Origin: Eubacteriales bacterium
GTDB lineage: Bacteria; Bacillota; Clostridia; Oscillospirales; CAG-272
Reading direction: 5' to 3'
DNA length: 47,938 nucleotides
Assembly (NCBI GenBank): GCA_045576095.1
Contig: JAZNFP010000054.1
Coordinates: 1-47,938, forward strand
Within the stretch, counting starts at the first letter, position 1. Each line of letters starts with the position of its first letter. Below are positions 26,154 to 35,649 of this stretch, one piece after another. The position numbers and the translations under genes were made by a program. The notes under the pieces are model-generated. The model searched no databases. It was not told the DNA's origin and saw nothing but the letters and a program-made list of their open reading frames with translations.

Positions 26154-27251
26154 TTACGGCAGCACGAAGCGGTGAAAGAGCGCGGCAAGCACGCCAAAAA
26201 CAGCACCGACGGCAACCCCGAGCAGCACGAGCTTCACGCGGCTGATCGGAAACCGTCCGTAGACCTTTCCGGTATAGCCGTTCATCGCGTAAGGATAGGT
26301 CTTACCGCGGCGCGAATAGGTGAGCAGCCAGACCGGCATCAGGGTGTAATCCCAGCGGATTCGATGGGTCAGCAGGCGCGGCTCGGTTGGCGTCACGGCG
26401 GTATAGGGACCGACCGTACCGAGCAAAAGGGATTTGGCGTACGAGATCATGCGCTCTCGTACCGCTTCCCTGACCGCTTCCTTTTCGACGTTGCGCCGCT
26501 TGGCAAGAAAGCCCGAAAGATACGCCGCCGAAAAGTCCTTCTGGGAATCGGACGGGTACGGCAGAATGCCGTCCATCATGTCGCGATCCTCCTCGGTGAG
26601 CGCGGGCGTGACGATATCCTCAAAATGGATATCGCCCTTGCGCACGACGTGAAAGCGCGAGGTTTCGGTATAACGGTACTCCCCCTGCCGCCAGCTTCGC
26701 ACGCGCGTGGCGCGCGCCGTCATATCGGCAGAGGTATCGGCATCGGCACACCAAAAGGGGTAGTAAATGCCCGAAAGATGCCGAAGCTGTGCCTCACTTC
26801 GAAAGTCGCGCGGCACAAACCACTTTTTTTTGGAAAACGCTCGGAATCTTTGCTGCGCCGCCTCGCGGTCGAAGCGGAAGGGGATGACCTTATGGGGTCT
26901 GAGCTGTCCCGAAAGGCGCCCCGTTAAAATGACGGGGCTGTGGCAATAGGGGCATTCGGTTGCAACGGTCGTTTCGTCGCAAACCACCTCGGCGCCGCAG
27001 CTCGAGCAGGCGTACGCCCCAAGGCTCGCCGAATACTCCTCGTCGGGGATCTCTCCCGCCTCCGCCGCCGCCTCGGCGGCACGGCTTGCCTCCTCCTCGG
27101 CGGCACGCGCCGCCAAGGTCTCCGAAATCTCTGTCTCGGTATATTCGGAAAGACAGTATTCACAGCAAAAGCGCTGCTTGTCGGGGGCAAAGGACAGCCC
27201 GGCAGAACAGGCGGGACACTGATAGGTCAAGGCCTCGTTCGTCTTATCCAT
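26154..27251 (-). CDS. Zinc-ribbon membrane protein (YdjG-like)
   Basis: CPAC..CEYC, CSSCGA..CPYC, P.KVIPF, YYPFW, LMPVW, MNGYTGK, C-terminal TM helix. Confidence 0.85.
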   Translation of the reverse strand: MDKTNEALTYQCPACSAGLSFAPDKQRFCCEYCLSEYTETEISETLAARAAEEEASRAAEAAAEAGEIPDEEYSASLGAYACSSCGAEVVCDETTVATECPYCHSPVILTGRLSGQLRPHKVIPFRFDREAAQQRFRAFSKKKWFVPRDFRSEAQLRHLSGIYYPFWCADADTSADMTARATRVRSWRQGEYRYTETSRFHVVRKGDIHFEDIVTPALTEEDRDMMDGILPYPSDSQKDFSAAYLSGFLAKRRNVEKEAVREAVRERMISYAKSLLLGTVGPYTAVTPTEPRLLTHRIRWDYTLMPVWLLTYSRRGKTYPYAMNGYTGKVYGRFPISRVKLVLLGVAVGAVFGVLAALFHRFVLP

Positions 27252-27257
27252 GCGCCT

Positions 27258-28526
27258 TTAGTCCCTTTTTTTGCCGCACTGACTGCAGAACTTCCCATCG
27301 TTTTCGGTGCCGCACTCAGAACAAAGCCAGCTGCCCGCTCCCTCGGGGCGCTTTGCGCCGCACTCGGAGCAGAACCTGCCGACCGCCGATTTGCCGCAGG
27401 CGGGACAAACCCACCCACCGTCGGGCTCGGGGCGCCTTGCGCCGCACTCGGAGCAGAATTTGCCGCTGACACTCGCGCCGCATCCGCAGAGCCAAAGACC
27501 GTCGAGCGGCGGCTTTTGCTCCGTCTGCTTTTCCATTTGCCTGCGGTTGGTCTCGGAGAAGGCTCCGAAGCCGACCGAGGCACCCATGCCGACCCCCATG
27601 CCCATGAAGGCGGCGGCAGAGCCGGCGCCGTTACTCCCGGCAGCCTCAAAGCCGCGTGCCATCGCGCCCTGCACGTAGCCCTCCCGAACGGCGGCATCAC
27701 CGAGCATCGCGCCTTGATTACGCATATTGATGAGCTTTTTCGATTCCTCGTCGTAGGAGATGCTGGCGATTCCGACCGACTGCACCTCAAAGCCACGCAT
27801 GGAGCGGAAGCTCTCGTCGAGCTCGCTTGCCATATAGCTTGAAAGCTCGCGCGACCTCGACTGCACGTAGGAGATACGGATGCCGTCTGCCGACATCCTG
27901 TTGATCGCGGCACCGAGAGCCTCGAGGAACTCGTCGAGATACTGCTCGTTGATATCGCTGATATCCAGTCGGTCGCGGTCGCGCGAAACCGCCTCGGCAT
28001 AGAACTTCAGAGGATCGACGATACGGATCGAATAGGTCCCGAAGGCGCGTAGAAACAGCTCCGAGTTGTAGAAGGCGTCGAAGTAGCTGACCGGCGTTCG
28101 CGTGCCGAACTTGATCCCCTTGATCTCCTGCAAATTGATGAAATAAACCCTCTGCGCACCCGACGGAACGCCGCCGTACTTGATACGCGAAAAGCTCTCG
28201 CGCACCGATGAGCCGAGCTGCCCCGCAAAAAGCGAAGGCATAGAGGAATTCTCAACCTTATAGTAGCCCGGCTCTGCCGAGAAATCGACGACCTTGCCGC
28301 CGTCCACGAGCAGCATACACTGGTTGTCGTACACGTGGATGATCGAGCCGTTTGAAACGGTATCCCTCGTTCCCTTTTTGTTGGTCGAGCGGCGGTCGCT
28401 CGCGCGGACGGCGACTCCCCTTGCAAAAACGGTGGTGTCACTCATTGAGTCCGCCTCAATAACCTCCTGCCAGGTATCCGCCAGCCCACCGCCGACGGCG
28501 CCGAAAAACGCTTTGATAATACCCAT
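27258..28526 (-). CDS. SPFH/band-7 domain protein with C-terminal zinc ribbons (YdjI-like)
   Basis: MGIIKA, SNGSII.V, Q.VYFIN..EI.GIKFGT, three W.C..CG...G.FC..CG units. Confidence 0.88.
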   Translation of the reverse strand: MGIIKAFFGAVGGGLADTWQEVIEADSMSDTTVFARGVAVRASDRRSTNKKGTRDTVSNGSIIHVYDNQCMLLVDGGKVVDFSAEPGYYKVENSSMPSLFAGQLGSSVRESFSRIKYGGVPSGAQRVYFINLQEIKGIKFGTRTPVSYFDAFYNSELFLRAFGTYSIRIVDPLKFYAEAVSRDRDRLDISDINEQYLDEFLEALGAAINRMSADGIRISYVQSRSRELSSYMASELDESFRSMRGFEVQSVGIASISYDEESKKLINMRNQGAMLGDAAVREGYVQGAMARGFEAAGSNGAGSAAAFMGMGVGMGASVGFGAFSETNRRQMEKQTEQKPPLDGLWLCGCGASVSGKFCSECGARRPEPDGGWVCPACGKSAVGRFCSECGAKRPEGAGSWLCSECGTENDGKFCSQCGKKRD

Positions 28527-28542
28527 GGGATGCTCTCCTTTG

Positions 28543-30264
28543 CTATTTGGTGTAGGAAATGATGCGGCGGATGCCCTCGGTTGCCGTTTCCTCGGCAAGG
28601 AAGGTCACAACCTCGCCCTCACAAATCAAAACAAGGCTCTCGTCGTCGGAAAGGGTTGCCGAGTAAACCACGCCGTCGCTTGCGTAGAAATAGAGGACGG
28701 TTTCGCCGCCGCGGACGTAATCGGAAATTCGATCGACCGTGACGGTATACTCGTTCCCCGTTCCCTCAATCGTACCGCTCGACGAAAGCAGCCTGCGGTA
28801 CTCGGCAAACGCCGCCGCCTGCGTATCTCCCGTCGCAACGATCTCGTAATGCTCAACGTTGACGAGCGCATAACTCTTGACAAGGCCGCTGTTGTCCTTC
28901 AGGACCATCACGTAGGTGGCACTGCCGCCGACGTTGATGAGCGCCGGAAAGGATGCCCGATAGCCCATGTGCTGGAGTTTTCCCTCGGCCGAGCCCATTG
29001 CCGCCGCCTCGTCCGCTCCCGCAACCTGATAGTATTTGTACTCCCCCGTTCGGGCATTGCAGAGCATAAAGCCGATGTTGCTCTCGTCGCTGGTCAGAGA
29101 GGTGACACCCGTGTAGTACCAGATATCGTCGCCGATGGCAATGTAGCCGTAATCGTCGGTCGCTCTCTTGCAGTCCACGTTTCCGATGATACTGTTCCAA
29201 AAGCCGCCCGAGAGCTTACCGAACCAATCGTACTTTTTGATCGCGAGATCGCCGTCGATGGCGGCGTCGATCCAGCTCGGCGCATCCTCGATATCGTAGA
29301 TCTCCGAGGAGCCGTCGATGGGGTTAAAGACGATGACCTCACACACGTCCATTGCGCCGAACAAACCGACCTTAGGTGCCATACAGGCAACGATATAACG
29401 GGGGTTTCCGCTCTCATCAATCTCAAATCGGGTTGAGCCAAAGATCTTGGTGGGATAGGAGAAACGGAGCTTTCTCCCGAGATCGTCTCCGAAATAGGCG
29501 CTCTCGACGTATCGGATCGGCTCGAAAAACTCGACGTAATCTGCCGTTGCGTTGACCGGATCGACCATAACGTACCCGGGAATGCCCTTGTTGCGGTTAT
29601 TGAACCATTTGAAGAAATCGGCGTGCTCAAGGTTTGAGACCTTCCTCGGAACGCCGTGGTAGTTGATCTGGGTATAATGCTCGCCGACCTCATACTGCGA
29701 GACGACGTGCGAAAGCTCTCCGAGCTTCTTGTTTCCGATGATAACAGCGGAGGCGCCGTCCATCAGAGCGATGTTGGTAACCGAATCCGACTCGGGCATA
29801 TCCTCCCGAAAAACCGCTTCGTTCACCTCAATAACCCCTGCATACGCTCTTGCGTGGAAGAAGGTCGAGGAAAGGATCGAGCCGATCAGCAAAACGAGGA
29901 CGGGGAGCGCCATCAGAGCAAGACCGATGCGCGTCGCACCGCAAAGAAAGCCGACGAGAACCGAGCCCATTCCGCCGGGCTTGCCCGAACGGACACGCAC
30001 AGCACCGCCCCGAAGGCGAGCGACGGCACCGAGAGAAAAGAGCGTAACGGTATAGACGAAGGCAAGCCAGAAAAGGAACCACCAAAAGGCGGTGCTGTGC
30101 AGGTTCAGCGGCACGAGCGCCAGATAGTAGCTGACGGCGCCGACAAGCAGCGTAACCGCAAGCGAAACGAGGGAAAGGCGCGCCGTGTAGCGCGTCCTCT
30201 CGCTTCCCTGAAAAAATGTCTTGGCCTTATCAAGTACGGTCTTTGCCATGCTTTTTTTGTTCAT
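28543..30264 (-). CDS. Conserved membrane protein (three TM helices plus a large extracellular domain), function unknown
   Basis: RBS AGGAG, hydrophobic N-terminus, WYYTGVTS..SDESNIGF...N.RTG, LKDNSGLVKSYALV. Confidence 0.75.
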   Translation of the reverse strand: MNKKSMAKTVLDKAKTFFQGSERTRYTARLSLVSLAVTLLVGAVSYYLALVPLNLHSTAFWWFLFWLAFVYTVTLFSLGAVARLRGGAVRVRSGKPGGMGSVLVGFLCGATRIGLALMALPVLVLLIGSILSSTFFHARAYAGVIEVNEAVFREDMPESDSVTNIALMDGASAVIIGNKKLGELSHVVSQYEVGEHYTQINYHGVPRKVSNLEHADFFKWFNNRNKGIPGYVMVDPVNATADYVEFFEPIRYVESAYFGDDLGRKLRFSYPTKIFGSTRFEIDESGNPRYIVACMAPKVGLFGAMDVCEVIVFNPIDGSSEIYDIEDAPSWIDAAIDGDLAIKKYDWFGKLSGGFWNSIIGNVDCKRATDDYGYIAIGDDIWYYTGVTSLTSDESNIGFMLCNARTGEYKYYQVAGADEAAAMGSAEGKLQHMGYRASFPALINVGGSATYVMVLKDNSGLVKSYALVNVEHYEIVATGDTQAAAFAEYRRLLSSSGTIEGTGNEYTVTVDRISDYVRGGETVLYFYASDGVVYSATLSDDESLVLICEGEVVTFLAEETATEGIRRIISYTK

Positions 30265-30294
30265 GGGGATTCTCCTAACAACGCAGAAAGCGAA

Positions 30295-30993
30295 TTATTG
30301 CTCCTCGAGCTCGGTATGCAGCTGCTCGATCCTTGACCGGGCGGCGCGGCGAAGCTTGGCACCGCGTCCGAACAGTCCCTTCAAACCGCGGTTGGCGGAA
30401 AGGATCTGCTTCTGCTCCTCAAGCTCTCGCAGCAATGCCTCGCGGCGGTCGGTTGCGGCAGAGCTCTCTTCGGCGGCGGGAGCCTCGGCAGCGGCAACGG
30501 GAGCCTCGGCGGCGAAATCCGTCTCGGGCGTCTGCGCCGTGCTCAGCTCGGTTGCCTTGGCAGCCCTCGCTTCCTTTCGGTCGCGGAGCACTCCTGCCTG
30601 GCGAAGGATATGCTTGGCGGTACGGCGCTTCTTGCGCGCAAAGTAGGAAAGATCTGCACGGAACGGCTCCGCCTCGTAAAGATTGACGATCCCGTCGGGA
30701 TAGGCAGCCTGAAGACGGAGAACGAGCTCCTCATAGGTACCGTGGCTCTCCGCCTGCTTTTGCAGCGCGTTGATATAGGTAAAGCCGAAATCGGCAAAAA
30801 AGGCGGCGTTATCCTCACCGTACCCCGACAGGCGGCGGAGCTCGGTACCGCGCTCGGCGAGCTTCTTAAAATCGCGGTTGAAATGAATCACGACACGGTC
30901 CGGATACGCCTCGCTGAGCCGATCGAAGAAGGTACAGAGTCTTCTCAAAACGCGTGCCTCGATTTCCTTGCCGCTTTTCGGTGTCCAATTCAT
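30295..30993 (-). CDS. Hypothetical protein with an internal duplication and a C-terminal coiled coil
   Basis: Start placed downstream of the promoter at MNWTP with an AAGGA RBS; RLSEAYPD/RLQAAYPD repeat. Confidence 0.65.
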   Translation of the reverse strand: MNWTPKSGKEIEARVLRRLCTFFDRLSEAYPDRVVIHFNRDFKKLAERGTELRRLSGYGEDNAAFFADFGFTYINALQKQAESHGTYEELVLRLQAAYPDGIVNLYEAEPFRADLSYFARKKRRTAKHILRQAGVLRDRKEARAAKATELSTAQTPETDFAAEAPVAAAEAPAAEESSAATDRREALLRELEEQKQILSANRGLKGLFGRGAKLRRAARSRIEQLHTELEEQ

Positions 30994-31047
30994 GGTATCA
31001 GTCATCCTTTCAAAATATGCTCGCAGGAATGCCATGCGTGAAAAATC

Positions 31048-31095
31048 TGTAGCATTCGCTACAATCATTATACAGGATTCGACCGCTTTTGTCAA
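31048..31095 (-). promoter_or_regulatory. Sigma-A promoter with an operator-like palindrome at the start site
   Basis: TTGACA(31095-31090)-17-TATAAT(31072-31067); TGTAGC-N4-GCTACA at 31048-31063. Confidence 0.7.
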
Positions 31096-31183
31096 TAGAA
31101 AAGCTCAAAACCGCCCCCAAAAAAAGCCGCGTGATGCCCCAAGCGGAGCACCACGCGAAGCAGTGTCTCAAGCGATACCGATT

Positions 31184-32374
31184 TCAGCGTCGGAACATAA
31201 CGCGCTCGCTCGAGAACATCCGTGTCAGAAGCAGCGTCAGAAGGAGCGCCGAAGCAAGGTTGGAGAGAACGGTCAGCAGAATCGAAATCGGCTCAACCGA
31301 ATAGGAAAAGACAGAGGAGAGTGCCTCGACGCTTCCGTAGATCGGAATAAGGAAAAACGCGGGGGTGCTTGGCAGAGATCCTGCAAACATGCCTGAAACG
31401 CCAACTCCCATGACCAAAATCATGACGGGCAGAAGCATGGTGGAGGCCTCCTTGACGCTCGAGGCAAGCGCCGAGAGCACCGAGATCAGGGAGACGAAGA
31501 GCAGCACGGTTGAGAGCATAACGGCAAGGATGAGAAGATAGTCTGTCACGCCGTAGGAAGCCCCCTCGGCAAGCTCCTCCCCCATGAGCCTCGGGAGCGA
31601 GAGCATAACGCCGATAAAGCTTGACAGACCGCTGAGGAGAGCCGTTACCGAGCAGCCGACGACCTTTCCGACGGCAAGATGGCTTCGCTTCATCGGCGTA
31701 ATCAGCAGGGTTGCGATCGTTCCGCGCTCCTTTTCGCCCGCGATGGACTCGGGCGCCGCCGACATACAGCCCGAGAAGAGCAGCATGACGAGCAGCATCG
31801 GCATCATCATCGAATAGACGGTTGCCGAAAGCTCCGACGCATCGGCAAGATCGTAGCGGTCCACGGTTTGGTTCACGTCAAAGCAATTGGAGAGACTGCT
31901 TTCATAAGCGTCGAGAAGCGCAAGCACGAGCGCGTACGCCTCGCCCGATGCGCCTCGAGCCGAATCGAAATAGAGTCTGATCTCGGGCGCCTCTCCCACC
32001 GCAGGACCTGCAACCGAGGAAAAGCCGCTCGGTACGTAGGCAATCAGATCAATCTCGCCCTCCGACAGCAGCTCGCGGAGCGCCGCATCGGACTGCTCCG
32101 CCGAAACGACGGTCAGAATCGGGCTTCCGCCCGATGCCGCGTGCGCCTCGGCAAGGGCATCGAGCACCGCCGTCTCCCCGACGGCGGCAACGGTAAGCTC
32201 GCTCGCCGTCTCCTCCCCGAAGCCCGAGGAAAGCGCGTCTCCCATCAGGGAATAGAGGGCAAAGATCAGCACGCCGGGGAGCAGGATCGAAACGAGGATT
32301 TTCTTATCGGTCAGAAAACGGAACAGCTCCTTACGGATGATTCTGACGGTCGGATGACCGTTTTGTCTCTTCAT
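31184..32374 (-). CDS. ABC-2 permease, NatB-like
   Basis: IIRKEL.RFL.DKK, ESIAGEKERGTIATLLITP, S.KEA motif. Confidence 0.88.
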   Translation of the reverse strand: MKRQNGHPTVRIIRKELFRFLTDKKILVSILLPGVLIFALYSLMGDALSSGFGEETASELTVAAVGETAVLDALAEAHAASGGSPILTVVSAEQSDAALRELLSEGEIDLIAYVPSGFSSVAGPAVGEAPEIRLYFDSARGASGEAYALVLALLDAYESSLSNCFDVNQTVDRYDLADASELSATVYSMMMPMLLVMLLFSGCMSAAPESIAGEKERGTIATLLITPMKRSHLAVGKVVGCSVTALLSGLSSFIGVMLSLPRLMGEELAEGASYGVTDYLLILAVMLSTVLLFVSLISVLSALASSVKEASTMLLPVMILVMGVGVSGMFAGSLPSTPAFFLIPIYGSVEALSSVFSYSVEPISILLTVLSNLASALLLTLLLTRMFSSERVMFRR

Positions 32375-33150
32375 GACTCTTCTCCCCCCTTTACCGTGCG
32401 GTACAGCTCGAAGAAGGCGTCCTCAAGCGATGCACCGCCCCGTACCTCGTCAAGCGTACCGAGCGCGCACAGCCTTCCGTCGATGATGACGCCCACGCGA
32501 TCGCAGAGCCGCTCGACGAGGCTGAAGATGTGCGTGGACAAAATCACCGTCTTGCCCCCAGCGCGAAGCTCGGCAAGAAAATCGGTCACGACACGCGCCG
32601 TCAGAACGTCAAGCCCGTTGGTCGGCTCGTCGAAGATGATGACGTCGGGATCGTGCACGATCGAGATGACGAGCGAGAGCTTTTGCTTCATGCCGGTCGA
32701 GAGGTTCGCCACCTTTACCTCGGCGAAGGCGTCGATGCCAAAGCGCGAAAAGAGCGCGCTCCGCCGTGCCGCGCAGAGCTGCTCGGAAAGTCCGTGCAGC
32801 GAGGCAAAGAAATCAAAAAGATAGCGCGGCGTAAAATACTCCTCGAGCTTCAGCTCGCTCGTCAGAAAGCCGATACGCGCGCGCACCGCCTCGGGGCTCG
32901 AAACGATGCTCTCGCCGTCGATCACGGCATCCCCCGAGTCGGGGCGGATGAGCGTTGCGAGCATACGAAGCGTGGTCGTCTTCCCCGCTCCGTTCGGCCC
33001 GAGAAGCCCGAAGATCTCACCGCGATACGCCGAAAAGGAGAGCCCGGCTACCGCCGTTCGCACGCGCTCTCCCGTCTTTTCGATCTTCTGCTGTTTTTTG
33101 GACAGACAAAAGGTCTTTTTCAGGTTTGAAACCGAAACGATTTCCTGCAT
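32371..33150 (-). CDS. ABC transporter ATP-binding protein, NatA-like
   Basis: GPNGAGKTT, LSTGMKQK, IIFDEPTNGLDV, STH. Confidence 0.92.
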   Translation of the reverse strand: MQEIVSVSNLKKTFCLSKKQQKIEKTGERVRTAVAGLSFSAYRGEIFGLLGPNGAGKTTTLRMLATLIRPDSGDAVIDGESIVSSPEAVRARIGFLTSELKLEEYFTPRYLFDFFASLHGLSEQLCAARRSALFSRFGIDAFAEVKVANLSTGMKQKLSLVISIVHDPDVIIFDEPTNGLDVLTARVVTDFLAELRAGGKTVILSTHIFSLVERLCDRVGVIIDGRLCALGTLDEVRGGASLEDAFFELYRTVKGGEES

Positions 33151-33237
33151 AAATGCCTCCCGTCACAGTTCGTTACCATCATGATAGCACACCCGGCGCA
33201 GCTTGTAAAGAGGGGTGCCGAAATTTTCAAGCAAGCC

Positions 33238-33266
33238 TTGACATTTTTCTAACAATGTGGTATAAT
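33238..33266 (+). promoter_or_regulatory. Strong sigma-A promoter of the lipoprotein-apbE operon
   Basis: TTGACA-17-TATAAT with TG extension. Confidence 0.85.
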
Positions 33267-33324
33267 GGTACTCGTTAGGGTAAAGAAATAAATAAAAACT
33301 AAATAACACAGAAAGGGAACCATC

Positions 33325-34239
33325 ATGAAAAAGATTCTTTCGCTTCTCGTTCTCTCGATTCTTCTCGTTTCGCTCTTCTCCTGCGGAGGCAAGGAGAAGG
33401 CGGAAGCATACCTCGGCCTTGGTCACGAGGTCGTCAACCAGGACATGGGCGCCATGCCGATGATCTGTGTTTTCGCAGCGGCTGCCGTCGTTGACGGTGA
33501 AACCGACGCCGTGATCGCGATCGACGTTGACGCTTATATGGCGCGTGCTGCCATTAACGGCGGCACGGTCGTTGAAGGCTCGAAGCAGTCTGTGGATTCG
33601 GCAGCTGCGATGGGCGGAGCCGACTTTGACGCTATGATCAGCGAGCTTTCGACCGACGTTGTCGGCAAGACCGCAAGCGAGATCGAGGCGCTCATCACCG
33701 CCGAGACCGCCGAGGAGGAGGCTGCCATGCTCAAGGCGATCGCTTATGCCGCAAAGACCGCCGAGGCGCCCTGCAAGAAGGCAGATAAGCCCGGCGTTGC
33801 TCTCAAGGGTACGCTTTCGACCGCGGATGCCGATGCGCTCGCAGAGACGAACGGCAAGATCTCGGCTGACGTTGACTTTGCCGCAATTGCACTCGATGCC
33901 AACGGCAAAACCTCGGCTGCAGCTCTTGACTCGTTTAAGGGTCTTGCGCGCGAGTTTAACGCTACCGACGCACTCGTTGCTCCCGCCGCCGCCAAGACCA
34001 AGCGCGAGCTCGGCTACGACTACAACATGAAGGGTGCTTCGGGCATCGGACTCGAATGGTTCGAGCAGGCAGAGAACTTCTGCGAGTACCTGGTCGGCAA
34101 GACCGCTACCGAGATCGGTGCAATCGGTGTTGCAAACGGCTATCCCACCGAGGATGCTCTGCTTTCGGGCTGCACCATGGGCATCTCCGGCTATATCGCC
34201 GTTTCGGTCGCCGCCGCAACCGCCGCAGCTGCTGAGTAA
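33325..34239 (+). CDS. Putative FMN-binding (flavinylated) lipoprotein with two tandem domains
   Basis: Lipobox LFSC; TKRELG.DYNM...EWFEQA..F..Y.VGKT..EI...SGCT; directly upstream of apbE. Confidence 0.7.
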   Translation: MKKILSLLVLSILLVSLFSCGGKEKAEAYLGLGHEVVNQDMGAMPMICVFAAAAVVDGETDAVIAIDVDAYMARAAINGGTVVEGSKQSVDSAAAMGGADFDAMISELSTDVVGKTASEIEALITAETAEEEAAMLKAIAYAAKTAEAPCKKADKPGVALKGTLSTADADALAETNGKISADVDFAAIALDANGKTSAAALDSFKGLAREFNATDALVAPAAAKTKRELGYDYNMKGASGIGLEWFEQAENFCEYLVGKTATEIGAIGVANGYPTEDALLSGCTMGISGYIAVSVAAATAAAAE

Positions 34240-35258
34240 TGCATTTTCCGAACACCTTGAAAAGAAGGATCGCGATCGCGCTTTTGCTCGCGATCCTTCT
34301 TTTGCTTTCCCTCTCATCCTGCGGAGAACGGCGCGAGCTTCGCAGCTTTACCTTTTACGGAAGCTTTGGTACCGTCACGACCGTTACCTGCTACGGAACC
34401 GAGGGGGATGCCGAGCGCTTCTCGACTCGCGTCTCACAGCTGCTTTCGCACTATCACAGACTTTTTGACATCTATCACAGTTACGTCGGAACAAGCAACC
34501 TCAAAACATTAAACGATATGGCGGGGATCGCCCCCGTTTCGCTCGATCCCGAAATTCTTTCGCTTCTTGCCTATGGGCTTCGGATCGACGAGCAGACCGA
34601 GGGCGCCTGCCGCATTACCTACGGCGCTGTCCTTTCGATTTGGCACGATTACCGAACGGCGGGCGATTCGATTCCTGACCCCTCTCTGCTTGCCGAGGCG
34701 AGCCTGCATACCGCGCCCGAGCTTCTCGTTTTGGACAGGGCGGCGGGAACCGCATACCTCACTGATCCCGAGGCCTCGGTGGACGTCGGCGCGATCGCCA
34801 AGGGATACGCGGTCGAGCGAATCGCCGACACGCTCGTTGACGAGGGATTCACCGACTTTTCGCTCAACGTCGGCGGCAACCTGCGCCTGGTGGGAACGAC
34901 ACCCCGCACGGTCGGCATTCGCGATCCCGAGGGCAGCTGCGTGAAGCTCCGCTTTGAGATGCAAAGCGGCTCGCTCGTCACGAGCGGAAATTACGAACGC
35001 TTCTATACGGTGGACGGTATTCGCTACCACCATCTGATTGATCCCGAAACGGCAATGCCCGCAACGAAATGGGCATCGGTCTCGGTCCTGACCGAGGATT
35101 CGGCGCTTGCCGATGCCCTCTCGACGGCACTTTTCATGCTCGATTATGAGGATGCAGTCATGATGATCGAGCGCATCGGCGAGATTGAGGCGCTCTGGAT
35201 CTCCCCCGAGGGCGAGATTCTCTCAACCCCCGGATTCCCGAGAGGCGAAAACAACTGA
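34239..35258 (+). CDS. apbE: FAD:protein FMN transferase (ApbE/FmnB) lipoprotein
   Basis: FGT, DVGAIAKGYAVE, NVGGN, VTSGNYER, YHHLIDP.T, ADALSTALF. Confidence 0.95.
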   Translation: MHFPNTLKRRIAIALLLAILLLLSLSSCGERRELRSFTFYGSFGTVTTVTCYGTEGDAERFSTRVSQLLSHYHRLFDIYHSYVGTSNLKTLNDMAGIAPVSLDPEILSLLAYGLRIDEQTEGACRITYGAVLSIWHDYRTAGDSIPDPSLLAEASLHTAPELLVLDRAAGTAYLTDPEASVDVGAIAKGYAVERIADTLVDEGFTDFSLNVGGNLRLVGTTPRTVGIRDPEGSCVKLRFEMQSGSLVTSGNYERFYTVDGIRYHHLIDPETAMPATKWASVSVLTEDSALADALSTALFMLDYEDAVMMIERIGEIEALWISPEGEILSTPGFPRGENN

Positions 35259-35277
35259 CAGGAAAGGAATTGCCGCG

Positions 35278-35649
35278 ATGGCAGAGAAAAGCAAACGGCG
35301 CGAGCGAAACCTCATGCTCGTGCTTCTTTCGTCTGTGCTCCTTGCCCTTGCTCTTTATTTTTTGAGTGGCATGCAGGGCGGCGACGGCACTCTGGTGGTG
35401 GTCGAGGTGCGGGGCGAGGTCTACGCGACGCTTCCGCTGAACGAGGACGCGAGCCTTCGCATCGAGGGCGACGGGGGCTATAATCTTCTCGTCATCCGGG
35501 ATGGGAAAGCCTCGATTGAAGATGCCGATTGCCCCGGGCACGACTGTGTGCGCCATGGCACAATCTCGCCCGATACGCCCATCAATCTCCGCATGATCGC
35601 CTGCTTGCCCCACTCGGTCGTCGTCTATCTGAAGGAGAACGGACAATGA
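35278..35649 (+). CDS. NusG domain II-containing protein (EetA-like)
   Basis: N-terminal TM helix, N.L.I.DG.A.I..ADCP..DCV..G.I, IACLPH. Confidence 0.88.
   Translation: MAEKSKRRERNLMLVLLSSVLLALALYFLSGMQGGDGTLVVVEVRGEVYATLPLNEDASLRIEGDGGYNLLVIRDGKASIEDADCPGHDCVRHGTISPDTPINLRMIACLPHSVVVYLKENGQ

Noticed and set aside
9847-34317. Other long antisense ORFs (9847-11040, 15859-16914, 25854-26927, 28294-29436, 31679-32824, 33163-34317)
   Set aside because: Each overlaps a well-supported gene on the opposite strand and has no recognisable domain.
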